A stretch of 64,000 nucleotides of DNA from Octopus sinensis. Lineage: Eukaryota. Positions 52,361 to 64,000 of this stretch are shown here, one piece after another. The stretch is taken from assembly GCF_006345805.1 (NCBI RefSeq), contig NC_043003.1, positions 84,630,001-84,694,000 on the forward strand, in the 5' to 3' direction. The position numbers were made by a program, and so were the translations under genes. Under the pieces are notes generated by a model, which saw only the letters and a list, made by a program, of their open reading frames with translations, was not told where the DNA came from and ran no database searches. How positions within the stretch are numbered: the stretch's first letter is position 1; each line of letters opens with the position of its first letter.

Positions 52361-52645
52361 ACTTTGATACTTTGATAGATTTCGGCCATTTTTGGCCCAG
52401 GCCATGTCTAACTTAATAGCACCACCTATGTATATACAGATATGTGTATACGTATGCATGTATGTATGTAAGGATATGTATATATATGTATATATATGTG
52501 TGTGTGTGTGCGCGCCCGCGTGTGTCTGCATGTATATATAAGCATAATATATATATATATATACATATACATATATTTTTTATATATGTATATATATATA
52601 TGTGTGTGTGTGCGCGCCCGCGTGTGTCTGCATGTATATATAAGC

Positions 52646-52677
<32 letters not shown>

Positions 52678-52714
52678 TTATTTATATATGTATATATACA
52701 TTTATACACACACA

Positions 52715-52941
52715 CGGCGAGCTAGCAGAAACGTTAGCATGCCGGGCGAAATGTGTTGCCGTACTTCGTTTGCCGTTACGTTCCGAGTTCAAATTCCGCC
52801 GAGGTCGACTTTGCCTTTCATCCTTCCGGGGTCGATAAATTAAGTACCAGTTACGCACTGGGGTCGATGTAATCGACTTAATCCGTTTGTCTGTCCTTGT
52901 TTGTCTCCTCTGTGTTTAGGCCCTTGTGGGTAGTAAAGAAA
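52715..52941 (+). mobile_element. SINE family C, full-length monomer
   Basis: A box, B box, Meta-like core and GGTAGTAAAGAA tail. Confidence 0.85.
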
Positions 52942-53005
52942 CATATATATATATACATATGTATATATATAATGTATGCCTGTATTTGTATATATATATA
53001 TATAT

Positions 53006-53056
<51 letters not shown>

Positions 53057-53137
53057 CGTGCGTGTGTGTGTGTGTGTGTGAGCATCGAATTTGCCTTAAA
53101 ACAGAAATCCATTGTACTTTGCCAAAAAAGAATTCAC

Positions 53138-53150
53138 CTGCTCTGGTATG
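53138..53150 (-). other. Candidate 13-nt micro-exon
   Basis: Long T tract, TTCCTGCAG|CATACCAGAGCAG|GTGAAT. Confidence 0.25.
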
Positions 53151-54224
53151 CTGCAGGAAAATAATAACACAAAAAAGTATAATCAATATAAAAAAAACAC
53201 ACGCGCGGGCATAAAAATAATATAAAGACATAGTACATGTGTAGATAGTGCAGGACATAATGGTCGAAAATATCTTTAAAGTTTCATGACATTCAAGAGA
53301 TTCGATTATTACATTTTACTGAAAGGAAATTTCTATTAATCAGAGAAATCAACTGAAATATTGGGACCTTTATAGTTTAGGCTATATTATTTACTGAGAA
53401 ACATGAAGAGTTTATAATGAGTTAAATCTACGATTGCTGAATTTTACGAAGCAACATTACGAGAATGCAATTTTCTTTTCGTGTTAAATTATGAAGCTGC
53501 TATTTATATCAGCAAAGGGAAATAACCATGATATACATATAATGCTGAACTGTAGTTGTCTCCCATGAGTCATTCAAACGAAACAACATGATATTTAATA
53601 TTTCGTAAATAAAATGCTATGTAAAATAATTTATTTAATATTTTGATAATACCTTAGATTGTTCATTACACTGATTCAATGAAGATATGTGCTATCAGCC
53701 GTGGCTGAAGTGTATTTATGTTGTTAATATTTTCAAGTTGGTTGTAAAAGCAATAGAAAAAGTAAAGAATTACATGTGAAGTTATGGAATAATGATAAAA
53801 GAATGAAGTCCTACATCACAAATACGAATAGATACGAAAATTGTGTCAACAACAGGTCTCTAGAATTGTTGGCTTCGGACAAAGAAGAATCTGATATTAA
53901 GAAACGAAGAAGGCAGCGAGCTGGCTGTATCGTTAGCACGCCGGGCCAAATGCTTTGCGGCATTTCGTTCGTCTTCATGCTGTGAGTTCAAATTTCACCG
54001 AGATTGACATTGCCTTTCATCCCTTCGTGTTCGATGATGTAAGTACTAGTTGAGCATTGGGGTCGATTTAATCGAACTTAGCACCTCCCCACAAATCTGA
54101 CAGCCTTGTGCCAATATTTGAAACCGATATTACGAACCGAAGCATCTTTGAATTTTGACATTGATGGTATTATGTATGTATGTATGTATGTATATATATT
54201 ATATATATATATATATATATATTC

Positions 54225-54545
54225 TTTCACTTATTCCAGTCATTTGACTGCAGTCATACTTTTAAGGCTTTTAGTCGAAAAAATCGGCCCGGGCACTTAT
54301 TGTTTGCAAGCCTAGTACTTATTCTACCGGTCTCTTTTGCCAAACCGCTAAGTTACGGAGACATAAACACATCAGCATCGATTGTCAAGCGATGGCAGGG
54401 ACACACACACACACACACACACCCACACACATACATATGCGACAAGCTTCTTTCAGTTTCCGTCCATCAAATCCACCGACAAGACATGTGCCAAAGGTGT
54501 CTCACAGCGGAACCATGTAGTTGGGAAGCAAGCCTCTTACCATAC
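54225..54545 (-). mobile_element. SINE family A, diverged
   Basis: Tail to head in reverse with internal (CA)n. Confidence 0.75.
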
Positions 54546-54552
54546 AGATATA

Positions 54553-54620
<68 letters not shown>

Positions 54621-54681
54621 TGCGTGTGTGTTGTGTGTGTGTGTGTGTGCGTGCGTGAGTGTGTGTGTGTGTGGTGTGTGT

Positions 54682-54743
<62 letters not shown>

Positions 54744-54827
54744 GCAAATTAAGCAACCATCGTCGTTGGATGATGTTACCAATAACCTTTTGCGTTCTTT
54801 TATATTTGTTTTTTATCTTTTATCTGT

Positions 54828-55248
54828 TACTTCTTTCGGTTACTGGACTGCAGCCATGCTGGAGCACCGATTAGAAGAGTTTAGTCGAACAAATCGGCGC
54901 CAGTACTTGTTTTCCACTAAATTACGGAGACGTAAACAAACCAACACCAGTTGTAAAGTTGTGATGGGGGACAAACACAGATACAAAGAAACACACGCGT
55001 ATATCTGTGTGCGTGCGTGTGTGTGTGCGCGCGCGCGCGTGTCTCCACTGCCACCCACTGCTTGACAACCGCAGTCGGTGTGTTTTCATCCCCGTAACTT
55101 AGCGGTTCGCCAAGAGACACAACCAGAATAAGTACCATGCTTTAAAAATTAAGTAAATATGCAAATGCTGCGATCGATTCATTCGACTAAACTCTTGACG
55201 TCGGTGCCCCAGCATGGCCGCAGTCCAATGCGTAAAGCAAGTAAGGGA
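54828..55248. mobile_element. Two family A 3' halves in inverted orientation around a microsatellite
   Basis: Minus-strand half ~54828-54985 and plus-strand half ~55035-55248. Confidence 0.7.
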
Positions 55249-55264
55249 TATATATTATATTATA

Positions 55265-55561
55265 TCTTTATATATAAAAGTAAGGTTGTATGTCTGTCTC
55301 CTACGATTTTGATTCTTAACTACTCCCACATTTTGCGGTGCAGTTTAATCAAAACCTGGTATCTTATAGTCGTGATTCATATCGAGCCCTTCTGGGTATT
55401 AGCGCGCGTCTACGATGAGTCTACGATTTTTTAAAAAAAATACCCTAATTTTTCTTCCATTTTTAATGCATTCTTTTGCTATTTTTTGGCTATAACTCTC
55501 TAAAAGTGCTTATATAGTTATTTCCCTTACAAATCCGAGCAACGCCGGGCGATACTGCTAG
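55265..55561 (+). mobile_element. Mini-Helitron (~297 bp)
   Basis: A|TC start, CCGAGCAACGCCGGG hairpin, CTAG|T end. Confidence 0.82.
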
Positions 55562-55996
55562 TTATATTATATTATATTATGTAATCAAAGCGCAGTTTAC
55601 GTTTAAAATACTTCACTCATAGGTTATTCGCCAGCCTGCGGTTATGCGACAAACACTTACTTAAAATGCTATGATAGAAAGACGAACCACATAGCTAGCT
55701 GTTAAGCAAATAGCTTAATCACTCAGCTACGCTTGCGCCCGTTACATGTATAAACACAGCTGTCTGTCTGTATGTGTGTTCGCTTGTGTGGTTATGTTAA
55801 TGTGCGTTTCTGTCTCTATGCTTGAAATTTGGGAAGTTTATCATTCATAGCATTTTATCCATTTTATTTATTATCAGTTTGTAAAAATATGAAAAAAAGT
55901 TGAAAATAAAAAAAAAATTATCCACGCAGGACATTTGAAAAATAACAAAAAGTAAAAATAGTGTAAATATAAATCAATTTCTTTCATTCAACTTAC

Positions 55997-56040
55997 ATTG
56001 ACCTTCTCACTAAAGGTCAGTGGGTCAAATCGAAAGGTTA
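55997..56040 (-). CDS. Candidate internal exon (TFRFDPLTFSEKVN)
   Basis: TTTTAG acceptor, GTAAGT donor, one open frame. Confidence 0.25.
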
Positions 56041-57399
56041 CTAAAATCAGATAATATTAATTATTATTTCTACAAGCATATTCTGCTCTCTTGCAGAATT
56101 GCCTTAGTTTTTACCATTTGGTTTTAGTGAACCTCTTATTTCGGCCAACTATGTATCTTAGAGCGCGTTTGGGCGAATGTTGTTAAGAAATTATCCCCAC
56201 AACTGCGTAGCTTCTGTTTCAATTCCACTGCAATTCAACCCCACTTTAAGCAAGTAACTTCTGTTATATCTTCAGTTGAGTATAAGTTTGTAGAGCCGTA
56301 GAAACACGTCGAACGGACTGTTCTTGTTTTCGGAGTGATAGACTTATAGTATGTAGATGACTACAATGTATCCTCAAATATAACGGGACTCCAACACCTT
56401 GTTCCTAAAAATTGGTATTATAATTGTTCTTCTTCTCATATTATTTATATATTTATATTTATTTTTACACTAGAGCATCACTGTTTCGCAGTATCGGCCC
56501 TAATTCTTTCTATTAAATTTCTCGCGTAATACACGAGTGAATACGACAATCTGTCACGTTGAACACAACCTCATACGCAGTAGAACTTCCCACCATTCTC
56601 TATATATTGCTGTGCAACGATTTAGAACACTACATCAATCTCTTAGAGACACGGCTCTGCAGTCACAAACGTAAAGTAGCGCCTACTAAGTATGTTATCT
56701 TCCTTCTTACCAACAACAGTAGGGAACATCAAATTTTACTTTCCCACAACGCACAGAACAGATGCAGTAGAGAAAGACTAACGTTATACAAGCGTATATT
56801 TGCTTAACAAAAATAAAAAGAATGCATAGGCTCCATCATGGGCTATGCAAATCCTACCTTGTCCCAAAATTCCTCCACAACAAAACACTGTATCCTACCA
56901 TACAGTACTCAATACATCATAATAATAGCTTAAAGCAGATCGCGTTCACAGACCACCTGTACAACGAAACAAAACTTTTACAGGTGAATCACCGCCTGGC
57001 CATACATGGGACACAATTTATTGCTGCACCTTTCTTCTATCCACAGAATTACTTCATTACATGAAAACTAAACTACTCCTAAAAATCCAGAAACTATTGC
57101 TTTTCTGGTCATTACTACAGCAGCATTCTAAAAATACTATTCCTCTCATTCAGTCCAGACAAACAGACAAAAAAGAAAAACACATACATACACAAAATCA
57201 TTTGTAATATAAATGACCTCATTGGCTTCAAAAACAGTGCTGGAATACACACCACCAACTATAAATACAGTGAAATAGCAACTGTCGCTCTTTGACAAGT
57301 CCACCTTGTTCATCTCCAGTGTGGTACAGTGGCTCAGCTAGAGTGTGTGCCTCCAGGAGCAGCCCTTATGTTTACTGTCCCGTTTGCCAGTTAATACAG

Positions 57400-58090
57400 C
57401 CTATATAGGCTTATACAACAGACCTAAAAACAGACCTAAAAGTGCTGCCCTCATAAAAGCCTTGCTCGAGGACTGCCCCTCTTTAGCTACACTAGTGGTA
57501 TTGTCACCACCAGAATTTGCGAGAGTACAGGACTGGATATCGGAGAGGAGGCAATATGTCGTGACTGTAAGACTGTATATCAGTGTGCACAACCATCCTC
57601 ATCAACGCAGTGCTATCTCTCTTGTCTGACACTTAACTGGATAGCTTTTTTGCACATCGGTGTTACCCAGAATTTCGGCCTCACGAATGCCGCTGCAGAT
57701 CCACTATGGATACTTTCGGTCTCCATCCATTGTCATGCCATCATGGTACTGTTTGCCTTCCACGCGAAGCAGACCTCAATGAGATCATAAAGTATGGCTT
57801 GAGCGCTACAGGCTTCCCTTCCCAGCTCCAATCAGTGGGGTTGGATCGAGGTGACGGTAAAAGGCCAGATGGCATGACAGTTTTCCGGTCCCGTAGTGAT
57901 AGGCCTTTTATCTGGGATGCCACACGTTGCGACACCTACAGCGACAGCGAGGTATGTACGGCTACCAGTGCAGGATTCGCTGCTCGTCAGGTCGAAGAGG
58001 GAAAATTGTCAAATTATAGGCCGCTCTCTCACAGGTTTGTTGTCGAGCCTGTAGCAATGGAGACATCCAGCGCTTCTAGCTTCCCGGACT
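57400..58090 (+). mobile_element. CRE-clade non-LTR retrotransposon C-terminal (RLE) fragment
   Basis: GLHPLSC, LNEIIKYGL, GLDRGDGKRPDGMT, IWDAT and PVAMET. Confidence 0.85.
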
Positions 58091-58260
58091 CCATCCCTGC
58101 TCATTGCTATCGAAGCAGAGATGGCTAAACTGCAGATATACAAACATACATGCAAAAATACCCTGTTGATGCTGAAATTCTAATGAAGGTGCCTTGGATC
58201 TAGGTTAAAAACCGGCTCTTTCTCTGTTGGCAAGAAATCTTGAAATAAAACTGTATGATG

Positions 58261-58293
<33 letters not shown>

Positions 58294-58304
58294 CATACAT
58301 ACAT

Positions 58305-58335
<31 letters not shown>

Positions 58336-58549
58336 TACATACATACATACATACATACATACATACATACATACATACATACATACATACATACATACAT
58401 ACATAGTAAAAAGTACTTTGTATGATGAGTAAATAGTAAAAGGTAGAAGAGAAAAAAGAGAACGAAGGTGAAAAGATAGGGGACAGAGGTGTGCGTGTGT
58501 GTGTGTGTCTGTGTCTATGTGTAGATAAACAGAAAGAGAGAGAGAGAGA

Positions 58550-58733
58550 GATAGGTAGATAGATAGATAGATAGATAGTAGATAGATAGATGATAGATAG
58601 ATAGATAGATAGGTAGGTAGGTAGTAGGTAGGTAGGTAGGTAGTAGGTAGGTAGAAGATAGATAGATAGATAGATAGATAGAAGATAGATAGATAATAGA
58701 TAGAAGAGAGAGAGAGAGATAGATAGATAATAA

Positions 58734-58782
<49 letters not shown>

Positions 58783-58845
58783 AGAGATAGATAGATAGAT
58801 AGATAGATAGAGAGATAGATAGAGAGATAGAGAGATAGATTGATA
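58550..58845. repeat. (GATA)n/(GGTA)n compound microsatellite
   Basis: Direct reading. Confidence 0.9.
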
Positions 58846-59259
58846 GTTGGAAATACACTGAGAGGGCGGCAGATGGAAGAATCACCTTATTTTAATAGTC
58901 TTTGACGTTGTACTGAATAACCTAACAGTTCCAAAGAGAAGAAATAAAACACACTAAGCTGTGGAAGTTTGGAGGAGTGATGGAGGGTGTTGGCTTTATT
59001 TATTACTGATATTTTATTTCTTGCTGTTTTTATTGTCAATAATAGTGTTGTTGTTATTGCTGTTTTAATAGTAGTGGTGATGGTGGTGATGGTTGTAGTG
59101 GTGGTGATGGAGATGATTTAATGAAAAACTAATTTCCTTTCATGCCGAGAACTGAACGAGGTCGTTGTTTGTGGTTGTAGTGCGTATTTGATGGGGTTAA
59201 AACGACAGATATTTCACCTTTGTGAATAAGAAATGGAAGACAGATACTCTCTTACTCTT

Positions 59260-59825
59260 TACTCTTTTACTTGTTTCAGTCATTTGACTGCGGCCATGCT
59301 GTAGCATCGCCTTTAGTCTAGGAAATCGACCCCAGGACTTATTCTTTGTACGCCTAGTACTTATTCTATCGGTCTCTTTTGCCGAACCGCTAAGATAAGG
59401 GGACGTAAACACACCAGCATCGGTTGTCAAGCGATGTTGGGTACATATAATATATGAGACGAGCTTCTTTCAGTTTCCGTCTACCAAATCCACTCACAAG
59501 GCTTTAATCGGCCCGAGGCTATAGTAGAAGACACTTGCATATAAATGAGTGGGTTTAGTAGACGGAAACTGAAAAAAGCCCGTCGTATATGTATATATAT
59601 ATATATGTATGTGTGTTTGTATGTGTTTGTGTGTCTGTGTTTGTCCCCCCAACATCGCCTGACAACCGATGCTGGTGTATTTACGTTCCCGTAATTTAGC
59701 GGTTCGGCAAAATAGACCGATAGAATAAGTACTAGGCTTACAAAGAATAAGTCTTGGTGTCGATTTGCTCGACTAAAGGCGGTGCTCCAGCATGGCCACT
59801 GTCAAACGACTGGAACAAGTAAAAG
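59260..59825. mobile_element. Inverted pair of family A SINEs
   Basis: Minus copy ~59260-59538 and plus copy ~59545-59825. Confidence 0.82.
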
Positions 59826-60882
59826 TAAATTATTTGGCTATTTTCTGTTTGGCTACTAATTTTAATCTTTTTAATTCCTGCTCGAATTGATTTCATTTTC
59901 GATGTAATGATATCGCTTTATATGCTAATCACTGCTTTGAAATTCATTTTCCCAATAAATCAATAAATAGTTATTTGCTTTTAAAGTTTGAATATTTTAA
60001 GTAATAATGTCTTCATTGCTACAGGCTCGACAACAAACCTGTGAGAGAGCGGCCTATAATTTGACAATTTGCCCTCTTCGACCTGACGAACAGATACATT
60101 CATGCCTATTTCCATAGTCACAAGCCAATCATGAGAACTCTTTCGTCTGCGAGAAAGCACGTGTTGACAAATATATTCCACTCATTGACGTGGTCGTCAG
60201 ATATGTTAAAAATAACAACCAAATAGGCCTTAAATCAAGCACTCCCTTATTTTTTCTTTGCATAATCGCATGAATTACCGTGTGTTAGCAAAATTTTCTG
60301 AAAATTCCAAAAGAATAAAAAAAAGTTACGAGGGGTTATATGGCGTACATAAAGAAGAATTTCATTTGTTTACAGTTCTCAACACGTGCTGTCACGCACA
60401 AAATGACAGCTTGCAAACACTGCTTTCTAACCGGATGAAAACTGTAAAGCTTTAAACCACCATAACCTGTTTAAAAATTTTTTGGTGGGGGAAGTGAGAT
60501 ATCTCCTGAGATTCAGCTTGGAAAACTACATTAATATACCAAATTTTTAAACTTTGAATAAACTTTGAATTTTGGAACATTGGCAACCAAACTGAAAAAT
60601 CCAGTTGTTTATATTTCTGCAATATACAAGATATTATTTTTTTTATATATATACAATTCCTAACATTTAATTTTAAAAATATAGAAGGATTTTTTTGATT
60701 ACATCGAATGGACCAGTAAAGACCAGTAAAGTAAAATAGGAATTCAAAGGAGCCATGAGCAAAAAATAGTTGAAAAACACTGATGTAACAGGTTAAGCAA
60801 TTACCTTGGATTTCTTTGTCGGCTGGAATTTTTAGTGTTCTTTCTCCCAAACTATTCCTCTTAAATTTGTTCCTTCTGCAGT

Positions 60883-60963
<81 letters not shown>

Positions 60964-60979
60964 GTGTGTGTGTGTGCGT

Positions 60980-61011
<32 letters not shown>

Positions 61012-61170
61012 TTTATAACTTTGGTGGGTATCTCAATTAGATTTGAATTGCCCTCTTTTGCATGAGGTGAAATATATATAAATACACAACGGTATTTATT
61101 AGAAGAGTGATTATGGAACAAAAAAAGGATGTTCTTAAGTCCATAAACGCTTCTAGATGGTTTGGCTCAC

Positions 61171-61280
61171 CTTCTGAATGAACTGTGGAGGACAATGATA
61201 TTTTTATTACTCTATATTTTGCTGCAGACAGCAAGGATCGTTGAGAATGTGTTATAAATGACAAATTATTGTCAATGGAT
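61171..61280 (-). CDS. Candidate internal exon (SIDNNLSFITHSQRSLLSAAKYRVIKISLSSTVHSE)
   Basis: ATTTTAG acceptor, AAG|GTGAGC donor, single open frame. Confidence 0.3.
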
Positions 61281-61781
61281 CTAAAATTGACTAACATTAT
61301 CTAACATTCATGAACAGAGGTCTTGTTCTTCGGTTTTATCACACCACCATTCTCCTTTATCTTTGTCTGTCATTCTCTCCCCAATCTTACATTTCAATCT
61401 TTCTATTTACCACATACACTCTCTCACTTTTCTCCCTCCCTCCCTTTCTCTTCCTTCCTCTCTATTTGGTCTCTCTTTGTTTCCTCATCTCTCTCCCTTT
61501 CTCCCTCACGTTCCTCTCACTCTCTCTCTCTCTCTCTCTCTCAATCATTCACACACACACATCCACACACTCTGCCAACTCCTTTCATCTTGGTTAATAT
61601 ATTACATCGCTCGCTATGATCGAGTATTCGGTTGCTTATAAATTTGTTTCTGTGCTTTTCTTAGTTTAAGTTTGATATAACTGTTCTACTCTGGGATCGT
61701 CCAAATCTTGAAATATATTCATATGTATATATGTATATATATATATATATTAATATCTATAATATATATATATATATATAT

Positions 61782-61824
<43 letters not shown>

Positions 61825-61825
61825 G

Positions 61826-63150
61826 GTAACTAATTGTACTTTTTGTACATGTATTTTTATTTTTGCAGTTTTATTGTTTGTCTATGCCAGAAAAAAGGCT
61901 TTTTCGTTCGTCCTCTTGTGTTTGTTTTTGTACATGTATTTTAATTTTGCAGTCTTATTGTTACGTCTTGTTTGTGTTCGTACTCATTGTGCCCCGCTGC
62001 TTGAAATTTTATTTAATTCTCTCGCAGGAAGGCCTATTGATTAGTGTTCTGTTATGCCTTCGAACATGCCTGACTCCTCTAGCGACAGCTGATGACGGGG
62101 GTTTTGTCCTTGTGTAACCTGTCCTGTATTTGGTTTTCGTTTTTCCGTTTCTTGTTTTTTGTTTTTTGTCTTTTTCTGTTTCTACGTCTTATTGTGATGT
62201 CCCGTACTTCCGTATAATTTATTTATATATGCTGTATATATCTGTAGATGTAGGTACGTACATATATTTTGTATGTATGCATATATTTTTATTTATCTCC
62301 TTATTGTCTGACAGCGCCCCGCATCAGGTTCGTTCCGATTCGTCGTTTCGATCCACTTCTTGGTCCCCCTTTTTTATATTAATATTATTATATGAAGATG
62401 CGGTACTCTCTCCCTTTGCTTTAACCTCTTCAATCTTTCTCCCTCCCCCTCCTCCTCTCTCTTCGCCGCGTGTCCCCCTCCTCCTTCCCTCCTCCTTCCC
62501 TCTTCCTTGCCTATAAACAAATTCCTTTACACGTGTTACCACTATTGAAAAGACTGCCTCCACGCGCTGCTACTACACTTTCGGTCCTTGCCACAAAAGG
62601 CTTCTTCGTCGTCCCCTTGTTGTGGGTTAATTTCCTGTATAGTATTCTTGTTATTTTCTCGTTTTGTAACTAATTGTACTTTTTGTACATGTATTTTTAT
62701 TTTTGCAGTTTTAATTGTTTGTCTATGCCAGAAAAAAGGCTTTTTCGTTCGTCCTCTTGTGTTTGGTTTTTGTACATGTATTTTAATTTTGCAGTCTTAT
62801 TGTTACGTCTTGTTTGTGTTCGTACTCATTGTGCCCCGCTGCTTGAAATTTTATTTTATTTAATTCTCTCGCAGGAAGGCCTATTGGATTAGTGTTCTGT
62901 TATGCCTTCGAAACATGCCTGACTCCTCTAGCGACAGCTGATGACGGGGGTTTTGTCCTTGTGTAACCTGTCCTGTATTTGGTTTTCGTTTCCGTTTTCT
63001 TGTTTTTTGTTTTTTGGCTTTTTCCTGTTTCTACGTCTTTTGTGATGTCCTGTACTTCCGTAAATTATTTATATATGCATGTATATATACATGTAGATGT
63101 AGGTACGTACATATATGTGTTTGTATGTATGCATATATTTTTATTTATCT
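61826..63150 (+). mobile_element. Two ~480-bp direct repeats around a ~360-bp core (pseudo-LTR-like)
   Basis: Copies at ~61826-62310 and ~62667-63150; bounded by (TA)n; each copy carries an HHR variant. Confidence 0.6.
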
Positions 63151-63225
63151 CCTATATATATATATATATTATATATAATATATATAATATATATATATAA
63201 TATATATATATATATATAATATATA

Positions 63226-63405
63226 TGGAGGCACAATGGCCAGTGGTTAGGGCAGCGGTCGTAGGATCGCGGTTTCGATTCCCAGACCGGGCGTTGTGAG
63301 TGATTATTGAGCGAAAACACCTAAAAGCTCCACGAGGCTCCGGCAGGGGTGGTGATCCCTGCTGTACTCTTTCACCACTCTTTCTCCCACTCTTTCTTCT
63401 GTTGG
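63226..63405 (+). mobile_element. SINE family D, 5' part
   Basis: GGAGGCACAATGGCCAGTGGTTAGGGCAGCGG head, GGTTTCGATTCC B box. Confidence 0.8.
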
Positions 63406-63439
63406 ACTGGTCGGTCACGTGATATCACGTGATCACGTG

Positions 63440-63475
<36 letters not shown>

Positions 63476-64000
63476 ACATACATACATAATAGAATGTAGT
63501 CGCAAGAAAGAGGTAGTGAGGGAGAGTTAGCAGAAAAGGCATCAGTGAAATATACGCACATATCTTCCACTTCTCTTTCATTTATTCTTCTTTAAGCCTC
63601 CACCCTTCTCATCACTGGCATTGCTCTACAGTTGAACCATATAAACTGTCTTCAAATACTGTATCTGAAACAAGTCAATTTGGCATAGGAAATTTAAGGG
63701 TCGCATGGACACTCAACGTGCTAGAAATGGCACCCAAATCTCACCCTTCCATCTTAAGTACGTTAAAAGTCTCGTTAGTAATATAGTCCTAAATGCCCCT
63801 AAAAAGACGGGTTTGTTATGGCTGGGATACGTTTGACCATAGGTCTGCTCATTTAGAGATTAAATGGAGCTTAACAATAACATTAATGTCAACTTTTGGT
63901 AGGATTTAAATGAATCACTTCAAAGCACTGAAACGCTTGACGAACGGATAATGTTCTCGATGTTTACAGTAGTAATACATGTAACTCTATTTAGTGCCTA

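Noticed and set aside
56550-57150. Decayed LINE coding region
   Set aside because: Composition is suggestive but no diagnostic motif is readable.

Overview
Repeat-dense, AT-rich eukaryotic DNA. The tRNA-derived SINE families and (TA)n/(CA)n/(TACA)n/(GATA)n microsatellite load match my recollection of octopus (coleoid cephalopod) genomes; this taxon call is an inference. I cannot identify any complete protein-coding gene. Almost all ORFs in the track are microsatellite or satellite read-throughs or transposon relics; a few splice-site-bounded candidate exons are reported at low confidence. Recognisable relics: a Neptune-type Penelope-like element (RT + GIY-YIG), two R4/Dong fragments, CRE, CR1 and Tx1/L1 LINE pieces, mariner, maT and pogo transposons, a piggyBac MITE, Helitrons and more than 30 SINE copies. 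Top observations: (1) several hammerhead-ribozyme (HHR) motifs, one with an intact core at 37952-38021, recurring as HHR + T-rich tail + (TA)n modules; (2) a 3.1-kb, 26-bp satellite that expanded from inside the C-terminal coding region of a Tx1/L1 ORF2; (3) a 500-bp retroinsertion with a 15-bp TSD carrying a repeat-spacer mini-array whose repeat resembles its own target site; (4) self-nesting SINE concatemers and several fold-back elements. Two tandem duplications (0.9 and 1.2 kb) look like long-read assembly artefacts.
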